Shown in pieces: positions 36,400-45,347 of a stretch of DNA of 55,276 bases. The stretch is taken from IMG/VR virus record IMGVR_UViG_3300032322_000863, positions 1 through 55,276 of that record; one strand, 5' to 3'. The notes under the pieces were generated by a model. That model was not told the origin of the DNA. It was given only the letters and a program-made list of their open reading frames with translations, and ran no database searches. Source of the stretch: a virus. Its lineage: Duplodnaviria; Caudoviricetes. Position 1 is the first letter of the stretch; each line of letters begins with the position of its first letter. Both the position numbers and the translations under genes were made by a program.

Positions 36400-38009
36400 A
36401 ACTCCGCGATTATCAGCAGCGCGTCATAGACGAGCTTTACGCTTGGTTCGAGGCCGGCAACGGCGGCAATCCGTGCCTCGTCCTCCCGACCGGCGCAGGC
36501 AAGAGCCACATCATCGCCGCGCTCTGCAAGGGCGCGCTCCAGACCTATCCCGAGACGCGCATCTTGATGCTGACGCACGTCAAGGAGCTGATCGAGCAGA
36601 ACTCCGAAAAGATGCTCCAGCACTGGCCCGGCGCTCCGCTGGGCGTGTTCTCGGCGAGCCTGCGGCGCAAGGATCTGGAGGAGCCGATCACCTTCGCGGG
36701 CATCCAGTCCATTCGTGACCGGGCCTCAGAAGTTGGCCACATTGATCTGGTGATCATCGATGAATGCCATCTCGTGTCCCACAAGAACGAGGGCGGCTAC
36801 CGCAAACTGATCCGGGAGCTGACCGACATCAATCCGCGCCTGCGCGTCGTGGGGCTTACCGCAACGCCGTACCGGCTGGGCCATGGCCTGATCACCGACG
36901 AGCCTGCGCTATTCCATGCCCTGCTGGACTCGGTCAGCATCGAGGAGCTGATCTACAAGGGTTTCCTCGCCAAGCTGCGAAGCAAGACCACCGAGAGTAA
37001 GCTTGACGTGTCCAAGGTTCATCAGCGCGGCGGCGACTTTATCGAGTCCGAGCTACAGGCCGCCGTGGACAATAAGCTCACCAACGAGGCCGTTGTGCGC
37101 GAGGTCATCGAGCGCGCCGGCGACCGCAAGGCGTGGCTGTTCTTCTGCACCGGCGTCAAGCATGCCAACAACATGGCGCAGATACTCCGTGACTGCGGCA
37201 TTGAGGCTGAGTGCGTGACCGGCAAGACGCCCAAGGCGGAGCGCGAGCAGATCCTGAGCGACTTCAAGGCCGGCAGGATCCAAGCGCTCACGAACGCCAA
37301 CGTCCTGACGACCGGCTTTGACTACCCGGACATCGATCTCCTAGCCATGGTGCGCCCCACCATGAGTCCCAGCCTGTACGTTCAGATGGCGGGGCGCGGC
37401 ATGCGTCCCAAGTCCCACACAGATCACTGCCTCATCCTCGACTTTGCGGGCGTCGTGGAGACGCATGGGCCCATTACCGCCGTCAGGCCGCCCAAGAAGA
37501 AGGGGGAAGCGCCTAGTGAGCCGCCAGTGAAGGTCTGCGAGGCGTGTGGCGAGCTGTGCCACCCGAGCGCAAAAGAGTGCCCGTCTTGCAAAACGCCGTT
37601 CCCTGCCCCTCCGCCGAAGAAGTGGAAACTGTCCGACGTTGACATCATGGGGATGGACGGTTCCGTCCTCGACGTGTCCGCGTGGCGCTGGCGCAAGCAC
37701 ACTAGCCGGGCGAGCGGCAAGGAAATGCTCGCGGTGACGTACTATGGCGCACTGTCGGACCCGCCAGTGACGGAGTACCTGACAATCGGGTACGATGGGT
37801 ACGCTGGAGACAAGGCGGCGAAGCAGTTGCGCTCCTTGGCTCGTAGCGCAAAAGTGCTTACCATTGAAGTGTCCCTGAATTTGCGACCTCTTGACTCCAT
37901 CGTCACAGACATGAATGCTGGCCGGCCACCAAAGCAGATTGAATATCGCCTCGATGGGAAGTATTTTCGCGTGATTAAGAGGGAGTGGAATGTTGCAGAA
38001 ACCGTCTGA
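36396..38009 (+). CDS. SF2 DNA helicase (RadD/YejH-like) with zinc finger
   Basis: LRDYQ, PTGAGKS, DECH, TATP, LTTGFD, QMAGRGMR, CEAC..CPSC. Confidence 0.93.
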   Translation: MKLRDYQQRVIDELYAWFEAGNGGNPCLVLPTGAGKSHIIAALCKGALQTYPETRILMLTHVKELIEQNSEKMLQHWPGAPLGVFSASLRRKDLEEPITFAGIQSIRDRASEVGHIDLVIIDECHLVSHKNEGGYRKLIRELTDINPRLRVVGLTATPYRLGHGLITDEPALFHALLDSVSIEELIYKGFLAKLRSKTTESKLDVSKVHQRGGDFIESELQAAVDNKLTNEAVVREVIERAGDRKAWLFFCTGVKHANNMAQILRDCGIEAECVTGKTPKAEREQILSDFKAGRIQALTNANVLTTGFDYPDIDLLAMVRPTMSPSLYVQMAGRGMRPKSHTDHCLILDFAGVVETHGPITAVRPPKKKGEAPSEPPVKVCEACGELCHPSAKECPSCKTPFPAPPPKKWKLSDVDIMGMDGSVLDVSAWRWRKHTSRASGKEMLAVTYYGALSDPPVTEYLTIGYDGYAGDKAAKQLRSLARSAKVLTIEVSLNLRPLDSIVTDMNAGRPPKQIEYRLDGKYFRVIKREWNVAETV

Positions 38010-38187
38010 ACCCGACTTTGTCGTTGCGTGGCGCGAGTGGACCCGAAAGGGTCCGCCGCGCTGCTGCCATACATGCGAATTCTACAGCCCCAAGGGCGAG
38101 TGCGGCGCTTTTCACATGGTGCCGCCACCAGAGTTTGCTGAAAAGACAGACGCTTGCGAGAAGTGGACGCAGGAGCTTCCTTGGTGA
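37990..38187 (+). CDS. Small Cys-rich protein
   Basis: PRCCHTCEFY..C...C..W. Confidence 0.65.
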   Translation: MLQKPSEPDFVVAWREWTRKGPPRCCHTCEFYSPKGECGAFHMVPPPEFAEKTDACEKWTQELPW

Positions 38188-38507
38188 GCGAGCACTTAGA
38201 GCAGCGCGAGTTCGTCTCATGGTTCCGCAAGAATCATCCCGGCGTGCGGATCTTCGCCATTCCCAATGGCGGGGCCCGCTCGGCGGCCACCGCAGCGCGA
38301 CTGAAGGCCGAGGGCGCGACGGCTGGCGTCCCGGACTTGCTTATCCCTGCGTGGATGGTGTGGATTGAGATGAAGCGCGTAGACGGCGGCACGCTGAGCC
38401 AGAAGCAAAAGGACTGGCGAGAGTATCTGACCTCAATCGGCCAGACAGTAATCGTGGCGCACGGACAGGAAGACGCAAAGGCTCAATTAACGTCTCTGCG
38501 GCGCTGA
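38184..38507 (+). CDS. VRR-NUC domain nuclease
   Basis: SEHLEQ, AIPNGG, AGVPDL, IEMKR, SQKQKDW. Confidence 0.85.
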   Translation: MSEHLEQREFVSWFRKNHPGVRIFAIPNGGARSAATAARLKAEGATAGVPDLLIPAWMVWIEMKRVDGGTLSQKQKDWREYLTSIGQTVIVAHGQEDAKAQLTSLRR

Positions 38508-38680
38508 TTGTCCATCTTGTAGTACTGGTCCCAGCGGATCCGCCCGTCTGACTTCAAGACAATCGGCAGCCGCCACTTGTGGGGCACCTGCCCACGCTGT
38601 CGCCACTTGGCGGTGGCGTACTTCGTCACCCCAAGCTCATGAGCAATCTGCTCAATCAAGTCCCAATTCACCGCAGCCAT
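38483..38680 (-). CDS. Cro-like HTH regulator
   Basis: IAHELGVTKYATAKWRQRGQVPHKW; lone minus-strand gene with its own promoter. Confidence 0.7.
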   Translation of the reverse strand: MAAVNWDLIEQIAHELGVTKYATAKWRQRGQVPHKWRLPIVLKSDGRIRWDQYYKMDNQRRRDVN

Positions 38681-38702
38681 ACATCACCCCGCATTGAAAG
38701 AG

Positions 38703-38779
38703 AACCTAAGACAATTTGTCTGTGTGGTCAAATGCGAGACATTTTGTCCTTGACGGTCTTCTTACCCGACGAGTATGAT
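38703..38779. promoter_or_regulatory. Divergent promoters with two GACA-WWW-TGTC operators
   Basis: Minus: TTGACC-N17-TAGGTT enclosing AGACAATTTGTCT (38709-21). Plus: GACATTTTGTC (38738-48), then TTGACG-N18-TATGAT. Confidence 0.7.
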
Positions 38780-38807
38780 TGGCTCACTCTTCAGTTAAGG
38801 AGATGAA

Positions 38808-39062
38808 ATGAAGTTTCTTCTGACCATGCACATGCCGTCAAACCAAGGTAAACCAGTCCATCAAATGACCTGCGAAATAAAGGGCGTAACAAACATCGTT
38901 GAGTTTTATGATGTCCTGCATAGAAATGATTTCATCATTGTCGATGAATACTACTACGACGCAGAGGATCGCTTCCAATCTGCCGGAAAGTACAAGCTTC
39001 GCGGCACAAACATCGTGAACTGTGCCTTTATTGGCAAGATCCGCGTTCTTGAGGAGCGGTAA
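38808..39062 (+). CDS. Hypothetical protein
   Basis: AAGGAG RBS; 84 aa. Confidence 0.7.
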   Translation: MKFLLTMHMPSNQGKPVHQMTCEIKGVTNIVEFYDVLHRNDFIIVDEYYYDAEDRFQSAGKYKLRGTNIVNCAFIGKIRVLEER

Positions 39063-39377
39063 ATGGACCCCCACAACACACTCAAAGAGTGCGCACGTCT
39101 GATTGGCGAGCGCGGAGAGGACTACGGAGGGATTGAGGACAACTTTGCTAAGATCGCCGTCATCGCCTCGCTGGCGACTGGGGTCAGGTTCACAAATTAC
39201 GAAGTGGCCATGATCCTTGTGGCCACGAAGCTCGCGCGCATGTCCGGGAATCGAGACAAGCGCGACAACTATCTGGACGCCATCAACTACTTAGCCTTTG
39301 CATCGGAGATGAAACATGGGACCGCTGACCGCGATGGATCTTCTACTGTCCCTCCCGCTGGAGGGAGCGAGCAATAA
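39063..39377 (+). CDS. DUF6378-like conserved phage protein
   Basis: ERGEDYG..DNFAKIA..KLARM..DNYLDAINY. Confidence 0.75.
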   Translation: MDPHNTLKECARLIGERGEDYGGIEDNFAKIAVIASLATGVRFTNYEVAMILVATKLARMSGNRDKRDNYLDAINYLAFASEMKHGTADRDGSSTVPPAGGSEQ

Positions 39378-39546
39378 GCCTTGCCACATAGCCAATCCTG
39401 AACTGTGGGAGGCGTGGTGCTCCGCGATGGATCGTCCGCATGATAACCCGACAGATGTCTGGTCGGAGTATGACGTGGCAAGCTCGGTGGAGACGATGCT
39501 TCGCAAGTACATTCGTGATCGGGTTGCAGGGGAACGAGTGGAATGA
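39316..39546 (+). CDS. Hypothetical protein
   Basis: GGAG RBS; coupled to the next gene. Confidence 0.5.
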   Translation: MGPLTAMDLLLSLPLEGASNKPCHIANPELWEAWCSAMDRPHDNPTDVWSEYDVASSVETMLRKYIRDRVAGERVE

Positions 39547-39965
39547 ACATCGAGGAACAGCGGGCGCATTATGCGGCGGTTAAGAGCCGCCTTGCGCCAA
39601 AGGCTGCGCCTGTCGTAAGGGTCGAGAGGCCGCCAAAGATTGAACAAGACACGATGAGAAAGGAGCAGCGGCACGTCGCAATGCTGATGTACGGGCTGCC
39701 AATTGTCTCGCCAAGCATCAGGGCTTCTGTCTCGTCAATCTTGTTGGCCTACAACGTCTCTTGGGTCGCGGTGGTGGGAAGAGGACGCAGGCACCGTGTC
39801 TGCATGTGCCGGCGTGCAATCACTTGGTTACTGCACACTCGTGGGTGGTCGTATCCGAAGATCGGAGAACTGATGAAGCAGGATCATTCCACATGCGTCT
39901 ACGCCGTCCACAGGGCAAATTCTTGGCAATATCCGAATGACAATAAAATTAGGAGAGGTCGTTAA
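39543..39965 (+). CDS. DnaA C-terminal (domain IV)-like HTH protein
   Basis: GRGR....CRRAI...GWSYPKIGELMKQDHSTCVYA. Confidence 0.75.
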   Translation: MNIEEQRAHYAAVKSRLAPKAAPVVRVERPPKIEQDTMRKEQRHVAMLMYGLPIVSPSIRASVSSILLAYNVSWVAVVGRGRRHRVCMCRRAITWLLHTRGWSYPKIGELMKQDHSTCVYAVHRANSWQYPNDNKIRRGR

Positions 39966-39967
39966 GC

Positions 39968-40417
39968 ATGATTTTAACCCCGAGAATGCTCAGAGAGATT
40001 AAGCCGGTTGACCCCTTCGTGGAGAGGTCTGTGGCGAACGGCATGACTTATGGCCTCGGTCCCGCCGGCTATGATGTTAGAATCATGGAGCGCCTTCTTT
40101 TGAGGCCGGGCGCGTTTGCGCTGGCGTCAACGGTGGAGCGCTTCACCATGCACGACGACATTATCGGCTTCGTTCACGACAAATCGACATGGGCTCGAAT
40201 GGGGCTCGCAGTGCAGAACACCGTCATCGAGCCCGGCTGGTATGGCTGGCTGACGCTAGAGTTGACCAATCATGGATATAGCGAGATCATGATCGAGTCC
40301 GGATCGCCCATCGCTCAAGTGGTGTTCCATATGCTGCCGGAGCCGACAGAGTTGCCATACAGGGGCAAGTACCAGAACCAGCAGCGTGGCGCGCAAGTGG
40401 CGAAGCTTGAGGAATAA
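39968..40417 (+). CDS. dcd: dCTP deaminase / dUTPase family protein
   Basis: GLGPAGYDVR, STVE, DKSTWARMGL, IEPGWYGWLTLEL, IAQVVF, YRGKYQNQ. Confidence 0.88.
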   Translation: MILTPRMLREIKPVDPFVERSVANGMTYGLGPAGYDVRIMERLLLRPGAFALASTVERFTMHDDIIGFVHDKSTWARMGLAVQNTVIEPGWYGWLTLELTNHGYSEIMIESGSPIAQVVFHMLPEPTELPYRGKYQNQQRGAQVAKLEE

Positions 40418-40450
40418 CATTAAAAGCACCGCGTTGTCGGAGGGACAAAC

Positions 40451-40624
40451 ATGAAATCAGTTTCGCTGCGCCAGCACCGGGGCAACTACAGCCCGGAGAA
40501 GAGACGCCAGAAAGCAATCGCTGGCGCGGCGAAGAGCAAGATCCTAAATGACTTTAAGCCAGTGACGTTGGCTAAAGTGAAGTCTTTAACTCTGGAAGAG
40601 ATAGAGAAAAAGTACGGCAAGTGA
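40451..40624 (+). CDS. Small basic hypothetical protein (57 aa)
   Basis: GGAGG upstream; MKSVSLRQHRG..PVTLAKV..; below the ORF-track cutoff. Confidence 0.5.
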   Translation: MKSVSLRQHRGNYSPEKRRQKAIAGAAKSKILNDFKPVTLAKVKSLTLEEIEKKYGK

Positions 40625-40689
40625 AAAAGCATTTTTCGTCAACCGCAGTGCCTATGGAGTGAATGGTCCTGCCAGCAACAGGAGTTAGT

Positions 40690-41235
40690 ATGCGAGCGCT
40701 TATCGTTATTGTGGCCCTCTTGGCGTCTTCAGCGTCAGCATTTGCAGAAATGTCCTCTGCCGAGTTCTTTGCGCGTGACAGGTCGGGAAACTGGAGGGAC
40801 GCTCAGGTCCAGACCGCACCATCAGCCCCCGCAGCGCGGGGAGACGTGCAAAAGATCGTCGCCCGGCAGGCGGCGCAAAAGCTGGGTCCGCAGTGGGTGG
40901 ATGCCGCGCTACGCATAGCTAAACTGGAAAGCGGATTTAACTGTCGGGCAACGGGGCCCAGCACCCGCCACGGACGGGCGAAGGGCGTGATGCAGGTCAT
41001 GCCGGGATCCGCGAGAGGGCTGGGATACAACCCCGCTAGGCTCCACGAGTGCGAGTATGGCGTGGCCGCCGGGGTGGCGCATATGGCGCTGTGCATTAAG
41101 CATGGCGTCCGAACGACGCAAGAAATGGCGCGTTGCCACGTTGCCGGCGTCGGCGGATGGAACAAGAAACTCAATCGCAACGCTGAGAGGTACAAGCAGC
41201 GTTATGCGGCTATGATTATCGAGAGAAGAATGTAA
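40690..41235 (+). CDS. Lytic transglycosylase (SLT) with signal peptide
   Basis: MRALIVIVALLASSASAFA signal, KLESGFN catalytic Glu, AKGVMQVMP; AGGAG RBS. Confidence 0.85.
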   Translation: MRALIVIVALLASSASAFAEMSSAEFFARDRSGNWRDAQVQTAPSAPAARGDVQKIVARQAAQKLGPQWVDAALRIAKLESGFNCRATGPSTRHGRAKGVMQVMPGSARGLGYNPARLHECEYGVAAGVAHMALCIKHGVRTTQEMARCHVAGVGGWNKKLNRNAERYKQRYAAMIIERRM

Positions 41236-41316
41236 ACTCGAAGAACATCGGGATGTCCCTGATGTGTGACAGCCGTCTTCCGGCCTCGCCGAAAGACTCT
41301 GTCGTGTCCCTGACTT

Positions 41317-41346
41317 GGCTCCCGGTGATAAGCCGGGAGCCTTTTT
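41317..41346 (+). terminator. Terminator at the convergence of the two arms
   Basis: GGCTCCCGG-N7-CCGGGAGCC-TTTTT. Confidence 0.8.
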
Positions 41347-41355
41347 CATTGGAAA

Positions 41356-42669
41356 TTAGGCTTTAGCCTCCAAAGCAGCAACGCGCGCCGACAATGCGTT
41401 GATTTGCGTGGCTGCCTCTTGCAGAGCCGCCGTCAAGACAGGCACCAGCTTGGACAGATCTATACCTTGATAAACAGGGTTGCCCTCTGCATCGACGGCA
41501 TTGGACTGGCCTGTGACAGCCTGCGGGATCACCTGCTGAACCTCGTCAGCGATGAAGCCGAGAACTTCGCCCAAGGCGGGATTGTTGATCCACTCAAACG
41601 TAACCGGGCGGAGCTGCGCCACCAGCGAGAGCCCTGTGGTTCCCGTGACGGGCTGAATATTCTCTTTCAGACGCCGGTCAGAAGACGTGTTGTAAGAGAC
41701 CGCCGAGCCGTTGGTCGTGATGTTGCCAATGATCGTTGGGCCGTTAAAGCAGAAACCAGCCAAGGCGTTGCTTATGTTATTTACGCGGAACACAGCGGCG
41801 CCATTTCCGGCGGCACCCGAAGAATAGTTGTAAAACTCACTTGCCCAATCTGTGTTGTTCACAAACCTAGCGCGTGCGGCGCTAAAGCCTGAATTGATGG
41901 CCAAGTCGGGGCCGGAAAACAAATTGTTTCCGTTGACGTTGAACGTCAAAAAATTACCGGCATTAAATCCAGCGAAATAAGCGTTTGTGTCTGTGTTTAA
42001 CCTAACAAGTGCGCCGCCTGTGTTTGCCGGGCACAAAATTGAAACTGACTCATTTCCACCACTGACGGGTGTGGCTGTTCCAACCCGAACCGATGCAGCG
42101 TTGCTGATCGTGGTGCCGGTCATAGTCGCATTGGTGACAAGCGCCACGTTTCCTGAGCCGCTCGTGCCCAAGCCACCTAGAAAGCCACCGTTGTTGTACA
42201 GGATGTTGCTGGCGGTAATTTCGGAGATGGTCGTTGATGTGCTGAGCGACGAAGACGGGGCCGCCGTCGAACGCGCCAGACGGATGTTTCCAAGCTTGTC
42301 GGAATAGACGATTTCCGCCTGCCCTTGAGGGATAACAACCGTCGTTCCAGAAACGTTAGTGGTGCCAATCGTAAAGGTGAATGGACCGTTTGTCGCGTTC
42401 CGGACGATCCACTGGCCGCCAACAGCAGACGGAATGTTGTAGCGGACGTTGCCAGTGAGAGTTGATCCGCTCTGAAGAACGAGGTTCCTGTAATTAGCCT
42501 CACTCAAGTTATGTGTATCTGAGACCTGTGTTAAATTAGTTACATCGCCAAATGCCGCATCGATATAGTCCCAGTCTGTGTTTATCGGGCCACTCCAGCC
42601 AGTCGCCTCGCCGGAGAATTCGTTATAAAAAGGGCGAATGAGCTTCTTGTTGTTGGTAGTGTCAGGCAT
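41356..42669 (-). CDS. Tail fibre/spike with C-terminal intramolecular chaperone (Peptidase S74)
   Basis: YNTSSDRRLKENIQ, LRPVTFEW, GFIADEVQQVIP, LVPVLTAALQE. Confidence 0.88.
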   Translation of the reverse strand: MPDTTNNKKLIRPFYNEFSGEATGWSGPINTDWDYIDAAFGDVTNLTQVSDTHNLSEANYRNLVLQSGSTLTGNVRYNIPSAVGGQWIVRNATNGPFTFTIGTTNVSGTTVVIPQGQAEIVYSDKLGNIRLARSTAAPSSSLSTSTTISEITASNILYNNGGFLGGLGTSGSGNVALVTNATMTGTTISNAASVRVGTATPVSGGNESVSILCPANTGGALVRLNTDTNAYFAGFNAGNFLTFNVNGNNLFSGPDLAINSGFSAARARFVNNTDWASEFYNYSSGAAGNGAAVFRVNNISNALAGFCFNGPTIIGNITTNGSAVSYNTSSDRRLKENIQPVTGTTGLSLVAQLRPVTFEWINNPALGEVLGFIADEVQQVIPQAVTGQSNAVDAEGNPVYQGIDLSKLVPVLTAALQEAATQINALSARVAALEAKA

Positions 42670-42680
42670 GCCCCTTCTCC

Positions 42681-45347
42681 TCAAATATGCTGATTAGCAA
42701 CCTCAAGAGCCTTGGCCACCGTGTCGTCGTCGGTGTTCAAAAGCTTTTCGGTGCTGGACGTTACATGATGTTTTGCGCTCTTGGCGAGAGCCTTCAGGTT
42801 CACCGCCCCGCCTGTGGCGCGACCGCGACGCTGAAGCGGGATGGTGAGTTCGCGATACATTTCTTCGGTCGTCTTGGGCGTCGGGGTCGGCTCGTCTGGG
42901 AGACGCTCCGCCGCGAAGCCAAGGGCAGGGCCGCGTGAGGCTATCTCGCGCAGGAAGGCGTTGAGGCGAAGTGTGTTTGCCTCGGACGGCTTTTGCGCCA
43001 AGAAACGTGCGAACTGAGGATCAGTAACAGCGCGCTGGAGAGCCGCCATAGCTTGCTCTTGCGTGGTGCCATACACCATGCGCGCAGCAAACCGGGTCAC
43101 GGGGGTCATGACTTGCGATGCCGTAGCGCCTGCGGCGGCCCCCAGAGCCTCAAAGGCAATCTGGGCGGGGATAGTCATGCCGAGCGCCTTGCCTGCGCCG
43201 TATCCCGCCGCAGCCCCAGCAAATGAGCCAATAGCGCGTCCATGCAACAACGTGAACATATCGCCGCTCGACAGCAGCTTTAGTCGCTGCTGCGCACCCT
43301 GCGGAAGCTCTTCGTTGACCGGGAGCTTCTTCAAGATGTTGGCAGACTGATTGACGCGGTCGATGAAGGCGCGACCATCCGGGTCAGTCACAAATTTATT
43401 GATGTCTGCCCGGTTATTCTTGATCCAGCTCGACAGCTTTGCCGGATCACGCTGTACGGCGTCCGACAGGGACATGACGATCTGGTTGCCGAGCCCCGTG
43501 TTGGCGATCTGGTCTAAGCGCGCCTCAAGGCCGGGAACCTCGCGGATCAAGCCGTCGTAGCCGGGGTTCTTGCGAAAGCTGGCAATCATTTCCGGCGTAA
43601 TAAACGCCTTTCCGCCAAGGATCTTCGATACGACCCAATCCCCGACAGGGCGAGCTACATCGACGCCCGGAATGTTTTGGATCTCGCGGTAGCGCGATAG
43701 CGCCTCGTCGGGTGATCCGAGCACCTTGGACAGGAATAGCTCCGGCTCAATGACCGGGCGACCAGCCTCAGAATGATACCGGCTATGAACCTCGGAAAGG
43801 GGCTTCGTGGCTGGCGTCTCAAACGTGCTCTTGTACTCGCGCGTCATTGTGCGCGCGTTGTCAAACGCCGCACCAACTTCAGAGGGCGTGACACCCTTCA
43901 TGAAGATATTGGACACGGCCTTCGTGTCCGTCATCATGTCGTCGAGCTTGGTTGAGATGGCCTTTGCAGCCGTAACCGCCGAGGGCTTGGCCGTCGGATC
44001 GCGCAAAACCGAGTTCACATCCGCCTTGAGTCTTTGCACGTCGGCGAACGGGATCTGGCCCCCCGGATAATTTCGCAGCGCCTCGACCTGCTGCATGATG
44101 TCGTTGCCGATGCTCAGCCGGGCGGTTCCCATTTCCTTGAACGCATCGTCAATCGCCCGGCCCACAGCACTGGAGTTGTAGCGCGCTTGCGTAAAAGCAG
44201 GATGATCCCACGCGGCCTCATAAGCCACGCGGGCCGGCTCTTGGATGGCTCGGTAAAGGTTCTGCGCCTCTGCCGATGACATAGACATCGGGTTAACGGT
44301 CGTGTCTTTGACGCCGCCCGGCTGGATCTCCTCCGGAATTGCGGCGGCGGCGCGCTCAACGATCATGCGGCTCTGGTCGGCCTGCGTGCGCGCGGCCTGC
44401 TGCCCACCCGGCACGGCGCGCTCCAGCGCCTCCATGCGTGAGCCGTAAGCCTGCGCCGAAGTAGGATCCACACCCACTAGCGTGTCGCCAACCATCGGCG
44501 GACGACTAGCGACGTTCGGGTCGGTCTCACGAATGATGTCGCCAGCGATGCGCTCGCTGCGTTCCGCCGTGGCGGCAGGCGTGCGGCCAGCTATGGCACG
44601 ACCAGCCAGCATGCCGGGAACGACGCCAAGGACGCGCGCAGCGGCCTCGTCGTCAGTACCTCTTAAGGCTTCGCCAGCGGCCCCGCTGGTTGCCCCAGCC
44701 CCCGTGGTGGTCGTAAGTTCACGCACCGCGGCCTGACCCGGCCCAGCGGCTCTGGGCGCACCCAGCGCGCCACGCACACCCATCGACACGGCGGACGTGG
44801 CGGGTACTTGCCCAGCGAACTCGCCAATAGTGCCCACGATACGGGATGCTGGCGTCTTGCCTTCATACTTGATGCTCGGAACAGCTCCGGCGGCCAAGTT
44901 CACCATGGACTGCCCGGTGGGGAAAGGAAGTCCGGCAATTCTGTATTCGGTTCCGGCGCGCTCGCCCGGCGTCATGCGCTCCTCAATTGGCGCGAGCCGC
45001 TCCTCATATGCCTTTCGGGCAGCTCCGGGCTGCGCCTTGCCGCGCAACTCCTGAACGCGATTTTGAACCCATGCGGCGTAGGCAGGGGAGCGCTCGTAAA
45101 GCTGACCGATGTCGCCGACGATTCCCGGCAGCGACACGATTCCGCGCCCCACACCCGCCGCGCCAGCGCCAAGAATGTCAGCGGTATGCTCGCCGAAGGT
45201 CTGCGGCGTCTTCGGCGTTTCTTGGCTGCGTCTCCGCTCGACGAACTCTGCCTGACGGAGCCGCTCGAAAGGGTCTTCGTCGGGTCGTGTGGATGGCGCA
45301 GGCGCGTTGATCGGGGGGAGGTGACCGAACGGGTCTTGCTCGTTCAT
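42681..45347 (-). CDS. Large internal virion / ejection protein
   Basis: 888 aa, Ala/Gly-rich helical with TM-like segments; located after the nozzle, GNAT and pilot genes. Confidence 0.65.
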   Translation of the reverse strand: MNEQDPFGHLPPINAPAPSTRPDEDPFERLRQAEFVERRRSQETPKTPQTFGEHTADILGAGAAGVGRGIVSLPGIVGDIGQLYERSPAYAAWVQNRVQELRGKAQPGAARKAYEERLAPIEERMTPGERAGTEYRIAGLPFPTGQSMVNLAAGAVPSIKYEGKTPASRIVGTIGEFAGQVPATSAVSMGVRGALGAPRAAGPGQAAVRELTTTTGAGATSGAAGEALRGTDDEAAARVLGVVPGMLAGRAIAGRTPAATAERSERIAGDIIRETDPNVASRPPMVGDTLVGVDPTSAQAYGSRMEALERAVPGGQQAARTQADQSRMIVERAAAAIPEEIQPGGVKDTTVNPMSMSSAEAQNLYRAIQEPARVAYEAAWDHPAFTQARYNSSAVGRAIDDAFKEMGTARLSIGNDIMQQVEALRNYPGGQIPFADVQRLKADVNSVLRDPTAKPSAVTAAKAISTKLDDMMTDTKAVSNIFMKGVTPSEVGAAFDNARTMTREYKSTFETPATKPLSEVHSRYHSEAGRPVIEPELFLSKVLGSPDEALSRYREIQNIPGVDVARPVGDWVVSKILGGKAFITPEMIASFRKNPGYDGLIREVPGLEARLDQIANTGLGNQIVMSLSDAVQRDPAKLSSWIKNNRADINKFVTDPDGRAFIDRVNQSANILKKLPVNEELPQGAQQRLKLLSSGDMFTLLHGRAIGSFAGAAAGYGAGKALGMTIPAQIAFEALGAAAGATASQVMTPVTRFAARMVYGTTQEQAMAALQRAVTDPQFARFLAQKPSEANTLRLNAFLREIASRGPALGFAAERLPDEPTPTPKTTEEMYRELTIPLQRRGRATGGAVNLKALAKSAKHHVTSSTEKLLNTDDDTVAKALEVANQHI

